13,998 nucleotides of DNA. Origin: Candidatus Nanohaloarchaea archaeon. GTDB taxonomy: Archaea; Nanohalarchaeota; Nanosalinia; Nanosalinales; Nanosalinaceae. Below, piece after piece: positions 1 to 7,945 of the stretch. Numbering within the stretch: position 1 is the first letter of the stretch; each line of letters opens with the position of its first letter. Under the pieces are notes generated by a model. It ran no database searches and was not told the origin of the DNA. It was given only the letters and a program-made list of their open reading frames with translations. The stretch lies in assembly GCA_046539225.1 (NCBI GenBank), contig JBKHHG010000019.1, forward strand, positions 1 through 13,998. Direction: 5' to 3'. The position numbers and the translations under genes are program-made.

Positions 1-324
1 ACCTGGCTCGCACCAGAACAAGTCCGCATTTTACCTGTAACCGACGAAAACCAGGAGTACGCCGAGAAAGTTAAGGAAGAATTAAGCGAGTTCCGAGTAG
101 AGATTGAAGACAGAAGCTGGACCGTCGGGAAGAAGATTCAGGCCGCGCACGACGACAACGTTCCTTACATGCTGATTTTAGGGGATGAAGAGGAGGAAGC
201 AGAGACTATCTCAGTCAGAGACAGGGAAGAACGCGAAGAGAAAGAAATAGATGTGGAAGAGTTCAGGGAGGCCTTGAAGGAAGAGGTTGAGGAGAAGAGT
301 TTGGAGCCAGAGTTTTTGAGGTAA
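1..324 (+). CDS. thrS: Threonine--tRNA ligase, C-terminal anticodon-binding domain (5' partial)
   Basis: Manual translation of frame 1: [24 protein letters not shown]...[40 protein letters not shown]..., stop TAA at 322-324. WLAPxQV and KKI..A....[11 protein letters not shown] are ThrRS hallmarks. Not in the supplied ORF track. Confidence 0.92.
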   Translation, partial: TWLAPEQVRILPVTDENQEYAEKVKEELSEFRVEIEDRSWTVGKKIQAAHDDNVPYMLILGDEEEEAETISVRDREEREEKEIDVEEFREALKEEVEEKSLEPEFLR

Positions 325-332
325 TAGCTGGC

Positions 333-992
333 TTAATCTGTTTTATTTTTTCCTTTTCTGCCTGGAAACATACTGGATGTTAGGCTGGCTGCTACAATGC
401 CGGCCATATTGGCAGGGAAGAAGAGGCCTTCAATGCCAGCCTTGATAGATGCCTCTGAGGCCTCCAGATTGGCTTTGTAAAGGTCCTGGAGACTGTAGTC
501 ATCTGTCTTATCTGCATTAAGTTTGTACATTACTTCTTCTCCATCTCGTATCTCGCCAGCCAAGATTTCCTCTGTCTCTCTTCCAGAGAAGTGAACATCT
601 TCAAGACCTTCTTCACTAATTCCTCTCCAGTCGTAGTCAGTGTTTGCCACATATTCAAGTCTTTCGAGGTCATGGCGTTCCAGAAACTCTTTTAGCGGCT
701 CCGGGTTAATCGCTTCGCTGTCTTTAACTCTGGCCTCCATCAGTTTTTCACCGTTTTCGTTGACCGCTTTAAAAGTAGAGTCGCCGTTCTCCAGATACTC
801 GTGGATAACTATATCTTCCTGATCAGGGCCTCTCTGCATTTCGATTTCAGCGTGAGAAGCAACATTGAAGATGCTGTGGGGGAATATATTGCTGCTGACT
901 GAGCCTTTCGAACTCCACAGGCCTTCGCTTAACTGGCGGTACTCGGCTTCTTCAAGATCTGCTTCAGACAGGTTTCGGGTATCTGCAGCCAT
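333..992 (-). CDS. Hypothetical acidic protein (219 aa) with a hydrophobic C-terminal segment and basic tail
   Basis: Long ORF filling the gap between thrS and rps19e, D/E-rich like its neighbours. TATA-like TTAAAA about 29 nt upstream on the minus strand. No family recognised. Confidence 0.75.
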   Translation of the reverse strand: MAADTRNLSEADLEEAEYRQLSEGLWSSKGSVSSNIFPHSIFNVASHAEIEMQRGPDQEDIVIHEYLENGDSTFKAVNENGEKLMEARVKDSEAINPEPLKEFLERHDLERLEYVANTDYDWRGISEEGLEDVHFSGRETEEILAGEIRDGEEVMYKLNADKTDDYSLQDLYKANLEASEASIKAGIEGLFFPANMAGIVAASLTSSMFPGRKGKNKTD

Positions 993-1081
993 TAACTATT
1001 TCTTTATAAATGAAATTTTAACAGTTTTACGCTGGTTTCCCGGGTTTTTGATTTAAAAGCTTTTATTCACCGTGTAGATGT
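993..1081. promoter_or_regulatory. Divergent AT-rich promoter region (orphan gene / rps19e operon)
   Basis: TTTAAAA at 1052-1058 begins 30 nt before the rps19e ATG. Minus-strand TTAAAA (1021-1016) begins 29 nt before the ATG at 992. Confidence 0.6.
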
Positions 1082-1486
1082 ATGACTACAGTATATGATG
1101 TAGAGGCTGAACCCTTGATAATGGAAGTTGCGGAAGATCTGGAAGAGGAGTTTGATGCGCCTGACTGGACGAATTATGCGAAGACTGGCGCCAAGAAGGA
1201 TACTCCCCCTCAGCAGGATAACTGGTACCATATCAGGAGTGCAGCCATCTTGAGAAGGATTTACACTGATGGGCCTCTCGGGGTTTCCCGTCTGAGAACC
1301 ATCTTTGGAGACAGAAAGCACAGCGGTCACAAGCCTGAGCACCATGGAAAGGCCTCAGGCAAGGTTATCAGGACGGCTCTCCAAAACCTGGAAGAAGCAG
1401 GTTTGGTTGAAGAAGAGGAAGGCGAGGGACGGATGATCACTGAAGAAGGTCAGGCCTTGCTGGATGAGAAAGCAGCCGAAGTATGA
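1082..1486 (+). CDS. rps19e: 30S ribosomal protein S19e
   Basis: MTTVYDV, PDW..YAKTG, PP.Q.NWYHIRSAAILRRIY..GPLGVSRLRT, ASGKVIRTALQNLEEAGLV, GRMIT.EG..LLD are S19e motifs. Confidence 0.98.
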   Translation: MTTVYDVEAEPLIMEVAEDLEEEFDAPDWTNYAKTGAKKDTPPQQDNWYHIRSAAILRRIYTDGPLGVSRLRTIFGDRKHSGHKPEHHGKASGKVIRTALQNLEEAGLVEEEEGEGRMITEEGQALLDEKAAEV

Positions 1487-1785
1487 ACGATATAGAGGAT
1501 ATAAAGAAGGAGCAGATGGAGGAAATCCAGGAGCAACAGGAAGAAGAACAGGGACAAAAGGAACAGTTGAAAGAGGCCGCGAAGCAGCACCTCACGAAGG
1601 ATGCTAGGTCAAGGCTTGAAAACGTCAGGGCGGCCAGACCGGATCAGGCCTCGAGCATTGAGCAGCAGATCGCCCGGCTTGGAATGACGGGCAGGATCAA
1701 CGGAAAGATCGATGATTCCGAGTTAAAGCAGATGTTGAAGAAGTTGAATCAAAAAGGTTCCGACTATAGTATTAAACACAGGTAA
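1483..1785 (+). CDS. PDCD5/TFAR19-like double-stranded DNA-binding protein
   Basis: LTKDARSRLENVRAARPD...IEQQI..L...GRI.GKIDDSELKQMLKKL...YSIKHR. Conserved position downstream of rps19e in archaea; ATGA overlap. Confidence 0.93.
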   Translation: MNDIEDIKKEQMEEIQEQQEEEQGQKEQLKEAAKQHLTKDARSRLENVRAARPDQASSIEQQIARLGMTGRINGKIDDSELKQMLKKLNQKGSDYSIKHR

Positions 1786-1794
1786 CGATAATTT

Positions 1795-1968
1795 ATGGCA
1801 TCTAACAAGTCAAAGGGTAAGAAGAAGAGGCTGGCAAACGCCGCAGAGACCGCGAAATCTGCTCCTCGCTGGGTTTCGCTCAAGGTTTTCGGCATGGAAA
1901 GAGCCAGGAAGAAGTCGATAAAACCTCGGAAGAGCCGTCACTGGCGGCGTAACGACACCGATGAGTAA
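1795..1968 (+). CDS. rpl39e: 50S ribosomal protein L39e (57 aa)
   Basis: Manual translation: MASNKSKGKKKRLANAAETAKSAPRWVSLKVFGMERARKKSIKPRKSRHWRRNDTDE*. KKKRLA, PxWV and RHWRR motifs; canonical position before rpl31e with TAATG overlap. Not in the ORF track. Confidence 0.95.
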   Translation: MASNKSKGKKKRLANAAETAKSAPRWVSLKVFGMERARKKSIKPRKSRHWRRNDTDE

Positions 1969-2378
1969 TGCGTAGAACTGTCAATCTCTCAAAACTGAAG
2001 GCCTCTCCGCAGCAGGAGAGAGCCAAGAAAGCTGTTTCTCTTCTGAGAGAAAGCTTTGAGGAAGAAGTCAAGATCTCCAGAGAGCTTAACGAGGAGATCT
2101 GGAGCAGGGGAATCCACAATCCTCCGACAAAGGTCACGGTCGAAAATGAGGGGGGAACTCTTTACCCTGCGGAAAGCTTTGAAGCAGGGACAGAAACTGA
2201 AGAAGAGGAAGAGGACGAGGCCTCCACGGATTACACGGATACTGTATCTGGAAACATCAGCGAGGTAAAGGACAGGGTTGGAGAGCTTGAAGATCCTGAC
2301 TTTGAGGCCTTGATCGAGGCAGAGGAAGACGGTAAAGACCGGAAGACCTTGAAGGAATGGCTTGAGTCCCAGAAATGA
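1968..2378 (+). CDS. rpl31e: 50S ribosomal protein L31e with acidic linker and extra C-terminal domain
   Basis: R.VNL, RAKKAV..LR, VKIS.ELNE.IWSRGI.NPP.KV.V are L31e motifs in about the first 68 aa. Synteny between rpl39e and eIF6. Confidence 0.92.
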   Translation: MRRTVNLSKLKASPQQERAKKAVSLLRESFEEEVKISRELNEEIWSRGIHNPPTKVTVENEGGTLYPAESFEAGTETEEEEEDEASTDYTDTVSGNISEVKDRVGELEDPDFEALIEAEEDGKDRKTLKEWLESQK

Positions 2379-3010
2379 TTGAGAAATACAGTTTCCGCGG
2401 CTCCGAGAACACGGGTTTCTACACTGTCGCGACTAACTCCTACGTAATCGTGCCTCCGGGCTATGAAGAGGCGGGTTTTTTTGGGCAGGAGGTCGTTGAG
2501 TCAAAGGTTGGGAAGACAAGTCTTGTAGGGCTTTTCGCCGCGGGAAACTCTAACGGGGTTCTGCTTCCGAGAGAGCTTTCAGGTATTGAAAGGGAGAACT
2601 TTGAGGCCTCTGATGTAGAGTTTCACGTCGTGGACTCCAGCTTTAACGCGTTCGGCAATCTGGTTCTCTGCAACGACTCCGGCGCCTTGATCAGCGAAAA
2701 ACTTTCCGACCACAGGGAAGAGATCGAGGACGCGCTCGGTGTTAAGACCCGGGTAGGAATGATTCAAGGCCTGAATCCTGGTGTTTCAGCTGTCGCAAAC
2801 TCGAATGGTGCGGTTATCCACAGGGACGCATCCGAGGAAGACGCTTTGAAGGTTAAAGAGGTTTTAGGCCTTGAGGATGTGGATATCGGCACGGTCAACA
2901 TGGGATCGCCTTTCATCGGTTCCGGGGCCGCGGCCAACGACAAGCATCTTCTCACAGGTGAGAACACGACCGGGCCTGAGATCGGACGTTTCGACAGGAC
3001 GATGTTCTGA
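2375..3010 (+). CDS. eif6: Translation initiation factor 6 (aIF6)
   Basis: SLVG.FAAGNSNG.LLP, NAFGNLVLCND.GALI, G.SAVANSNGAVIH, IGTVNMGSPFIGSG.AAN, G..TTGPEI.R. Confidence 0.97.
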   Translation: MIEKYSFRGSENTGFYTVATNSYVIVPPGYEEAGFFGQEVVESKVGKTSLVGLFAAGNSNGVLLPRELSGIERENFEASDVEFHVVDSSFNAFGNLVLCNDSGALISEKLSDHREEIEDALGVKTRVGMIQGLNPGVSAVANSNGAVIHRDASEEDALKVKEVLGLEDVDIGTVNMGSPFIGSGAAANDKHLLTGENTTGPEIGRFDRTMF

Positions 3011-3016
3011 CATCGG

Positions 3017-3025
3017 TTTTTTATT
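3017..3025 (+). promoter_or_regulatory. T-tract/TATA element (likely eIF6 terminator and/or promoter of the pilus platform genes)
   Basis: TTTTTTATT just after the eIF6 stop and 28-30 nt before the ATG at 3048, the same spacing seen at other genes in the window. Confidence 0.5.
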
Positions 3026-3047
3026 CCAGTTTAAACAGCTTTAATGT

Positions 3048-3905
3048 ATGGACTACAGGGCGCCTGAGGCGGTCGAGCCATATATTCTGCCGCTCGCCGA
3101 GAGCATCCACGGGTTTCTACCCGGGATGGAGGACGACATAAGAGGGGCGAGGATGGAGAACGACCCTGAGGAGTACCTTGCTTTCTCGCTTTTCAAGTCT
3201 CTCCAGGCTGGCGCAGTTCTACTGTTTTCGGGCATCGCTCTGGGATATATTTTCGACATAGAGATGTTTATAACCGGCAGCTTGATCGTCTCCCCTGTTG
3301 TAACAGGTTTCGTGTTTATTTCGATTGCTTTCAGGCCTAAAATCAAGGCTAAACGTATTTCGCGAAACATCGAGAAAAATCTGCCGTATGCTTTACGGCA
3401 TATGCTTATAGAAGTGTCTTCCGGTATTTCTCTTTACCAGGCGATGGTCTCTGTCAGTCAGGACTACGAGGAGGCCTCGGACGAGTTTGAAAAGATTGTA
3501 TCTGATATACAGGGCGGGAAGTCGCAGGTTGAGGCCCTGGAAGACTCTATTTCGAGGACTCAGAGCCAGATGTATCGGAGGACGATGTGGCAGTTGATTA
3601 ACTCGATCAAGTCTGGTGCAAACGTCACCACGACCCTGGAGACTCTTGTAGATACTATTGTAGAGGAGCAGAAGATAAGGGTTAAGAACTACGGTGAGGA
3701 CCTGAATCCTTTTGTGTTGATGTACCTGATGCTTGCGGTAATATTTCCAAGCCTTGGCGTTACATTGATGATCGTGCTTTCATCTTTTACCGGTATGGGG
3801 ATTGAGGGCAATATGTTCTACTTTTTGATTGGAGGCCTGATCATCTTCCAGATATTTTTCCTGAACCTGATCAAGTCGAGAAGGCCTGAGGTGAGAGCCG
3901 CATGA
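3048..3905 (+). CDS. Type IV pilus/archaellum platform membrane protein (T2SS-F, TadB/TadC/PilC/FlaJ family)
   Basis: Two N-terminal TMs, IEKNLPYALRHM..EVSSG.SL.QAM..V, Y.EAS.EF..IV.DI..G, AL.....RT.S, then C-terminal TMs with IFPSLG. Confidence 0.92.
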   Translation: MDYRAPEAVEPYILPLAESIHGFLPGMEDDIRGARMENDPEEYLAFSLFKSLQAGAVLLFSGIALGYIFDIEMFITGSLIVSPVVTGFVFISIAFRPKIKAKRISRNIEKNLPYALRHMLIEVSSGISLYQAMVSVSQDYEEASDEFEKIVSDIQGGKSQVEALEDSISRTQSQMYRRTMWQLINSIKSGANVTTTLETLVDTIVEEQKIRVKNYGEDLNPFVLMYLMLAVIFPSLGVTLMIVLSSFTGMGIEGNMFYFLIGGLIIFQIFFLNLIKSRRPEVRAA

Positions 3906-4885
3906 ACAGGTTCTACCAGAAGCTTCCGGACCAGTACACTGACAGGGTGGAGAGCGAGGCCAGCTACGCGAAGATCGACAACTACGACAGCATAGTCCTG
4001 AAGGGCTTCATCACGTTTTTCACGGCCTCGATCGCAACGGGCTTCTTCCTGATGCCTTACAGTCTCCACCTTAACATCGGTGTAGGCCTGTTGATCGGTC
4101 TGGTAACCGGTTTCGGGGTTCCGCTGACATTTATATCTTTGAGGGCTGAGAGACGAAAGAACAATATCGAGGATGTACTGCCCGATGCGTTGAGGCTTGT
4201 CTCTTCAAACACTCGTTCAGGGCATACACTGGAGAAGGCCTTCCTGCTGAGTGCGAGGGATGAGTTCGGGCCTCTTGCCGAGGAGCTCAGGCTGACAGCG
4301 ATGGAGATGTACGGCGGTACCTCTGTAGAGGAGTCGCTGGAGAAGCTTGAGTTACGTGTAAAGTCCGAGCTTTTCCAGGAGACCCTGAAGCTTTTGATCG
4401 ACGGTATAAAGGCGGGCGGGGACAAAGCCGATCTTCTGGAGTCAAGCGCCGAGGATATAAGGAACTCTATGGAGATCAGGGAGGAGATCCAGTCCAGCAT
4501 CAGGATGTACGTAATCTTTATCATGATGGTGGCGGTAGCAGGCGCACCGGTGCTTTTCTCAGTCAGTGTCTACATGGCCGACACCACGACAGAGATGTGG
4601 GAAGGTTCGGAGATGGATATGGAGGGGCCTGGCGGCGGTATGGGAAGCCAGATAGGTTTCGATCTCTCTTTCCAGGCGCCTCAGGTCGATGTTGGAATGT
4701 TTGAAAACTTTGCGTACATGGCGATTATAACCACAAATACTTTTGCAGCCCTGATAATATCGGAGATACGGAACGGCAACGTCAAAAACGGTATAAAGTA
4801 CGCTCCGATCTTCGCCACTGTATCCGTCCTGATATTCATAGGCGTGAACTCGGGAATAGCCACGGCTTTAAGCGGGATAGGCTAG
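3902..4885 (+). CDS. Second T2SS-F domain platform membrane protein (TadC/PilC family)
   Basis: RR..NIE.VLPDALRL.SSN.RSG.TLEKA...SAR.EFGPLAEEL, G.S.EE.L..L..RVKS, GG..ADLLE..AEDIR, several TMs; ATGA overlap with its paralog. Confidence 0.93.
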   Translation: MNRFYQKLPDQYTDRVESEASYAKIDNYDSIVLKGFITFFTASIATGFFLMPYSLHLNIGVGLLIGLVTGFGVPLTFISLRAERRKNNIEDVLPDALRLVSSNTRSGHTLEKAFLLSARDEFGPLAEELRLTAMEMYGGTSVEESLEKLELRVKSELFQETLKLLIDGIKAGGDKADLLESSAEDIRNSMEIREEIQSSIRMYVIFIMMVAVAGAPVLFSVSVYMADTTTEMWEGSEMDMEGPGGGMGSQIGFDLSFQAPQVDVGMFENFAYMAIITTNTFAALIISEIRNGNVKNGIKYAPIFATVSVLIFIGVNSGIATALSGIG

Positions 4886-4896
4886 AGGCCTAAAGG

Positions 4897-4935
4897 TTTT
4901 TTATAGGGAAAACCCTAATTACAGCATGTCAGGTG
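4897..4935 (+). promoter_or_regulatory. Putative own promoter (TTTATA 4900-4905) and SD-like AGGTG (4931-4935) of the pilin gene
   Basis: TATA box consensus in the intergenic spacer. AGGTG ends 12 nt before the ATG at 4948. Confidence 0.5.
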
Positions 4936-4947
4936 TTAAACCTAACA

Positions 4948-5421
4948 ATGAACGAACATCATTTTGACAAGACAAAAGGTCAGTCAGCCATCGAGTACCT
5001 GATGACGTACGGATGGATGCTTCTCGTAGTAGCAATCGTAGGAGGAGCAATCTTCGCAACAGTCCAGGGCCAGTGCACACAGTCAACCTCCGGATTCACA
5101 GGAGGAGACGTAATAGTAGAGAACTTCGGGCTTGATGGAGAAGACAATTTACAGATGGAAGTCAGAAACGGAGGATCAGACACTCTCACCGTCAAAAATG
5201 CCTCTGTAATAAACGAAGATGATCCATCAGAGAACCTAGAGAACACAGACGATACCGAGGTAGACGTTGGAAATTCTGAAACCATCACCTTGAGTAATAC
5301 TGATGGAATGGAATCTTCTGATGGATGTAACGACTTTGATCTTGAGTTCACCTATGACATGGGAGAACTAACTGATCAAACGACTTCAGGAACACTGACT
5401 GACAGCATTGAGTTCAGCTAA
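4948..5421 (+). CDS. Archaeal type IV pilin, probable major pilin (class III signal peptide)
   Basis: KTKG|QSAIEYLMTYGWMLLVVAIVGGAIFATV: KG cleavage site, Q+1, E+5, hydrophobic helix, then a beta-rich acidic domain with two Cys. ATG 4948 preferred over GTG 4933. 'Major' is inferred from its own promoter and SD-like site. Confidence 0.88.
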   Translation: MNEHHFDKTKGQSAIEYLMTYGWMLLVVAIVGGAIFATVQGQCTQSTSGFTGGDVIVENFGLDGEDNLQMEVRNGGSDTLTVKNASVINEDDPSENLENTDDTEVDVGNSETITLSNTDGMESSDGCNDFDLEFTYDMGELTDQTTSGTLTDSIEFS

Positions 5422-5433
5422 AAGAACTCACAC

Positions 5434-5454
5434 ATTTCCCATCTTTTTTCTTTT
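5434..5454 (+). terminator. Pyrimidine/oligo-T tract after the pilin gene
   Basis: ATTTCCCATCTTTTTTCTTTT between convergent genes, typical of an archaeal intrinsic terminator. Confidence 0.55.
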
Positions 5455-6605
5455 CAGCTTACAAGGCCTGAAAGACTCCACTCATCGATACTGTCATCAC
5501 CGGTATCCTCGCTTAACATGAAGTCAGGCCTGAAATTGCCGTAGTCTCCTGTAGTTACCCCGGAGATCTCAACTAATGCAGGAGAACTGGAGTTGTAGTA
5601 GAGGTAGGCCTCGTTAGGCTCGCTTGAACCTCCTTCATCTGTGAAAGTGGTTAGGCCTCCTGACTCTGCGGAGAAGCTGCCTTCCATCCGGTTGAGGACT
5701 CCGGGGGCATTAGAGTTTTCAAGGTAACAGTTTTCATCCATCACCTTTCTGAAATGAGAATTCCAGGCCTCGCCGTTGTCAAGTATCAGGGATGCGCCGT
5801 CTGTCACGTTCAGCTCCAGGCCTTCTACAGTGGCGTAGTCACCGGAGGGAATCGTGCCTTCTTCCGTCACGACACCTGAGAAGTCGTCGGGAATCGAACC
5901 GTACTCCGATACGTCTTCCGTAACAAGTATTCTCGAGCGTGAGTGATCGACTTCTCCTATCCGGGGTTCTACTGCGGCGTAGCCGTGGGCGACTTCAGAG
6001 CCTGTGGCTGTTCCAAGAAGTTCAGCGGGTTTTTCAAAGCCGCAGTAGCTGTACTTTGGAGTGAAGGAGCCGCCGCTCGCATTCTCAAGCAGAGGGTCAG
6101 GGCCTTTCAATCCTTCAATTCCTTGGATAGTGCCGTTAAAGCTGTAGCGGGTAGATCTCGGGCTGTAGGTGAAGTTGTAGTTTAGATCAGCTGAGGCCTG
6201 GAGTTTAAGGCCTGGTTCGAGGCTGTAGTTGCCGTGGACGTACTCGAGGCTGTGACCTCTCTGGCTGTACATCGGTTCGAGGCCTGAGCTCCAGGAGCTG
6301 TAGTTTACGTAGTTCATTTCTGTGCCGTTGAACTCTCCAGCGTCGAAATCAATTGAGGCCTCCGCATCGTTTACGAATCCGTTGTCGACTATGTACTGGT
6401 TTGAGGCCTTGAGGTAGTCGGAGGCGGAGATTGCAACGCCTTTCTTGAAAGCTGATTTCAGGCTTTGGGCGTCTGCGTCCGCTACTTCTGAGCCTTTAAC
6501 CTGGATCTCCGCTTCTTGCGGTATCGAGTTCAGTGGAACCATGAAGAGGAGGAAAAGCACTGTCACCGCAAAGATTGCGAAAGGTGTGTGAGCCATTCCT
6601 TTCAT
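5454..6605 (-). CDS. Large pilin-like exported protein (383 aa), candidate pilus tip/adhesin
   Basis: MKG|MAHTPFAIFAVTVLFLLFMV short class III-like leader. Last gene of the pilin-like operon; two Cys and seven N-x-S/T sequons. Confidence 0.75.
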   Translation of the reverse strand: MKGMAHTPFAIFAVTVLFLLFMVPLNSIPQEAEIQVKGSEVADADAQSLKSAFKKGVAISASDYLKASNQYIVDNGFVNDAEASIDFDAGEFNGTEMNYVNYSSWSSGLEPMYSQRGHSLEYVHGNYSLEPGLKLQASADLNYNFTYSPRSTRYSFNGTIQGIEGLKGPDPLLENASGGSFTPKYSYCGFEKPAELLGTATGSEVAHGYAAVEPRIGEVDHSRSRILVTEDVSEYGSIPDDFSGVVTEEGTIPSGDYATVEGLELNVTDGASLILDNGEAWNSHFRKVMDENCYLENSNAPGVLNRMEGSFSAESGGLTTFTDEGGSSEPNEAYLYYNSSSPALVEISGVTTGDYGNFRPDFMLSEDTGDDSIDEWSLSGLVS

Positions 6606-7063
6606 TCTGCTACCACCACTGTGAAACGAGCAGCTCCTTCATCTCCAGGGACCACAAAGCTTGATGCACTGGTTTCATTCGCGTCTACAGGGATTATTTC
6701 TTCCCCTTCAATGTAAAGGCCTGACCTCCTGGGAAAAGTATCGAGATAGTTCCCCGCCAGTTCCTCGGGCGACGAGTCCTCGTTGTAGAGTTTCAGGATC
6801 GCTCTGTCAATGCTGAACCCTCTTTCAACCTCTGTAGACTCCACCAGGTTGTCCCTGTAGGATGCGTTCACTGCTGAAAGGCCTTCACGCCTCATCAGGT
6901 ATGAGATGTCGGCCGCCTGGGCTGCAGACCTGTCGTAACTGACCTCATCGCCTGAAACTCCTTTTGAAATCTGGGAGGTAGAGCCGATCAGTCCCGCAGC
7001 AAGGCCTATGATCATTAATCCTATGATGGCATCCATCGAAAAGTAGAATCCTTTCAGCGCCAT
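6602..7063 (-). CDS. Minor pilin-like protein
   Basis: MALKG|FYFSMDAIIGLMIIGLAAGLI class III-like leader; overlaps both neighbours. Confidence 0.8.
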   Translation of the reverse strand: MALKGFYFSMDAIIGLMIIGLAAGLIGSTSQISKGVSGDEVSYDRSAAQAADISYLMRREGLSAVNASYRDNLVESTEVERGFSIDRAILKLYNEDSSPEELAGNYLDTFPRRSGLYIEGEEIIPVDANETSASSFVVPGDEGAARFTVVVAE

Positions 7064-7533
7064 ACCGCGTACCTCACCTCTACATGGTTCAGATCGCCTG
7101 ATCTGTTGATTAAAGCGTTTCGCCGGAAGCTGAATACCTGGTCGGAGTCAGGGTCTTGCCCGATGCTGTAGAGCACATCCTCGCCTACAATCTCCAGGTT
7201 AAAGCCCGAGGCCTTTAGCAGGGATCTCTGGCGTTGGAAATCAAGTTTTTCAAACTCTTCAATCTTTTCCGGTTCGAGAACGTAGGGTTCACTCGTCAGT
7301 CCCAGGGTTTCGACGTTGCTGCTGTTCCAGTCCTCAGGTACTCCAGGCCTGTTCAGAATAGATTTCATGGTTCTCTCTCCCTGAGTGTACAGGTTTCGGT
7401 CTCTCTGGTCTGCGATCTGTGCGTTGACTATAGAGTTCCAGGAGATCAGGAAGATTGAAAGCATGAAACCCATTATCACTATGCTGGCGAGAAAGTCCGG
7501 TGCAAAGGCCTGACCCTTACTGCGGAACAACAT
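7054..7533 (-). CDS. Minor pilin-like protein
   Basis: Start revised to ATG 7533: MLFRSKG|QAFAPDFLASIVIMGFMLSIFLI; contains PG.PEDW.....LGL. Confidence 0.8.
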   Translation of the reverse strand: MLFRSKGQAFAPDFLASIVIMGFMLSIFLISWNSIVNAQIADQRDRNLYTQGERTMKSILNRPGVPEDWNSSNVETLGLTSEPYVLEPEKIEEFEKLDFQRQRSLLKASGFNLEIVGEDVLYSIGQDPDSDQVFSFRRNALINRSGDLNHVEVRYAVWR

Positions 7534-7909
7534 GCACCGACCCGTTGTTGAAGACCGTGAAAGGCCCATTCTCGGATTTTAACGATACGTCCCTGCCTGT
7601 GTAGCGTGGAGTGGCTGTCGAGCTCGCGGACTCTGACTCTGCCACCGCAAAACTGTCGGAAACATTCACTGTATAGCTGTCGCCGAAGACTTCGCGGGGA
7701 AGCGAAAAGTTTCTCTCGTAGCCGGTTCCGTAGGCCTGAGCGTTTTCGACTTCGAACGCCACTTTCGAGGCCACGGCATCTATCCTGGTTGTCTCCCTGT
7801 AGTCAAATGTTTCAACCTGTTTGTCCGCGGCGTTGGTAAAAAGGACTGCCAGGACTATCATCATAACCGAAAAGTAGATGAAGAACTCGAGCGATACCTG
7901 GCCCTTCAT
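7517..7909 (-). CDS. Minor pilin (class III signal peptide)
   Basis: MKG|QVSLEFFIYFSVMMIVLAVLF matches the KGQxSxEF class III motif. Confidence 0.87.
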   Translation of the reverse strand: MKGQVSLEFFIYFSVMMIVLAVLFTNAADKQVETFDYRETTRIDAVASKVAFEVENAQAYGTGYERNFSLPREVFGDSYTVNVSDSFAVAESESASSTATPRYTGRDVSLKSENGPFTVFNNGSVHVVPQ

Positions 7910-7945
7910 ACAGTCAAGTTGGACAGGCCTGAATAAAAAATAAAC

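Noticed and set aside
4926..4967. 13-codon upstream ORF (MSGVKPNNERTSF) overlapping the pilin start
   Set aside because: By the TATA spacing seen elsewhere, the TSS is probably at about 4928-4931, just downstream of this ATG; no other support.
3048..5421. Archaellum (fla/arl) operon interpretation
   Set aside because: No FlaI/FlaH/FlaF/FlaG and no archaellin-type N-terminus; QSAIEY-type leaders indicate pili.
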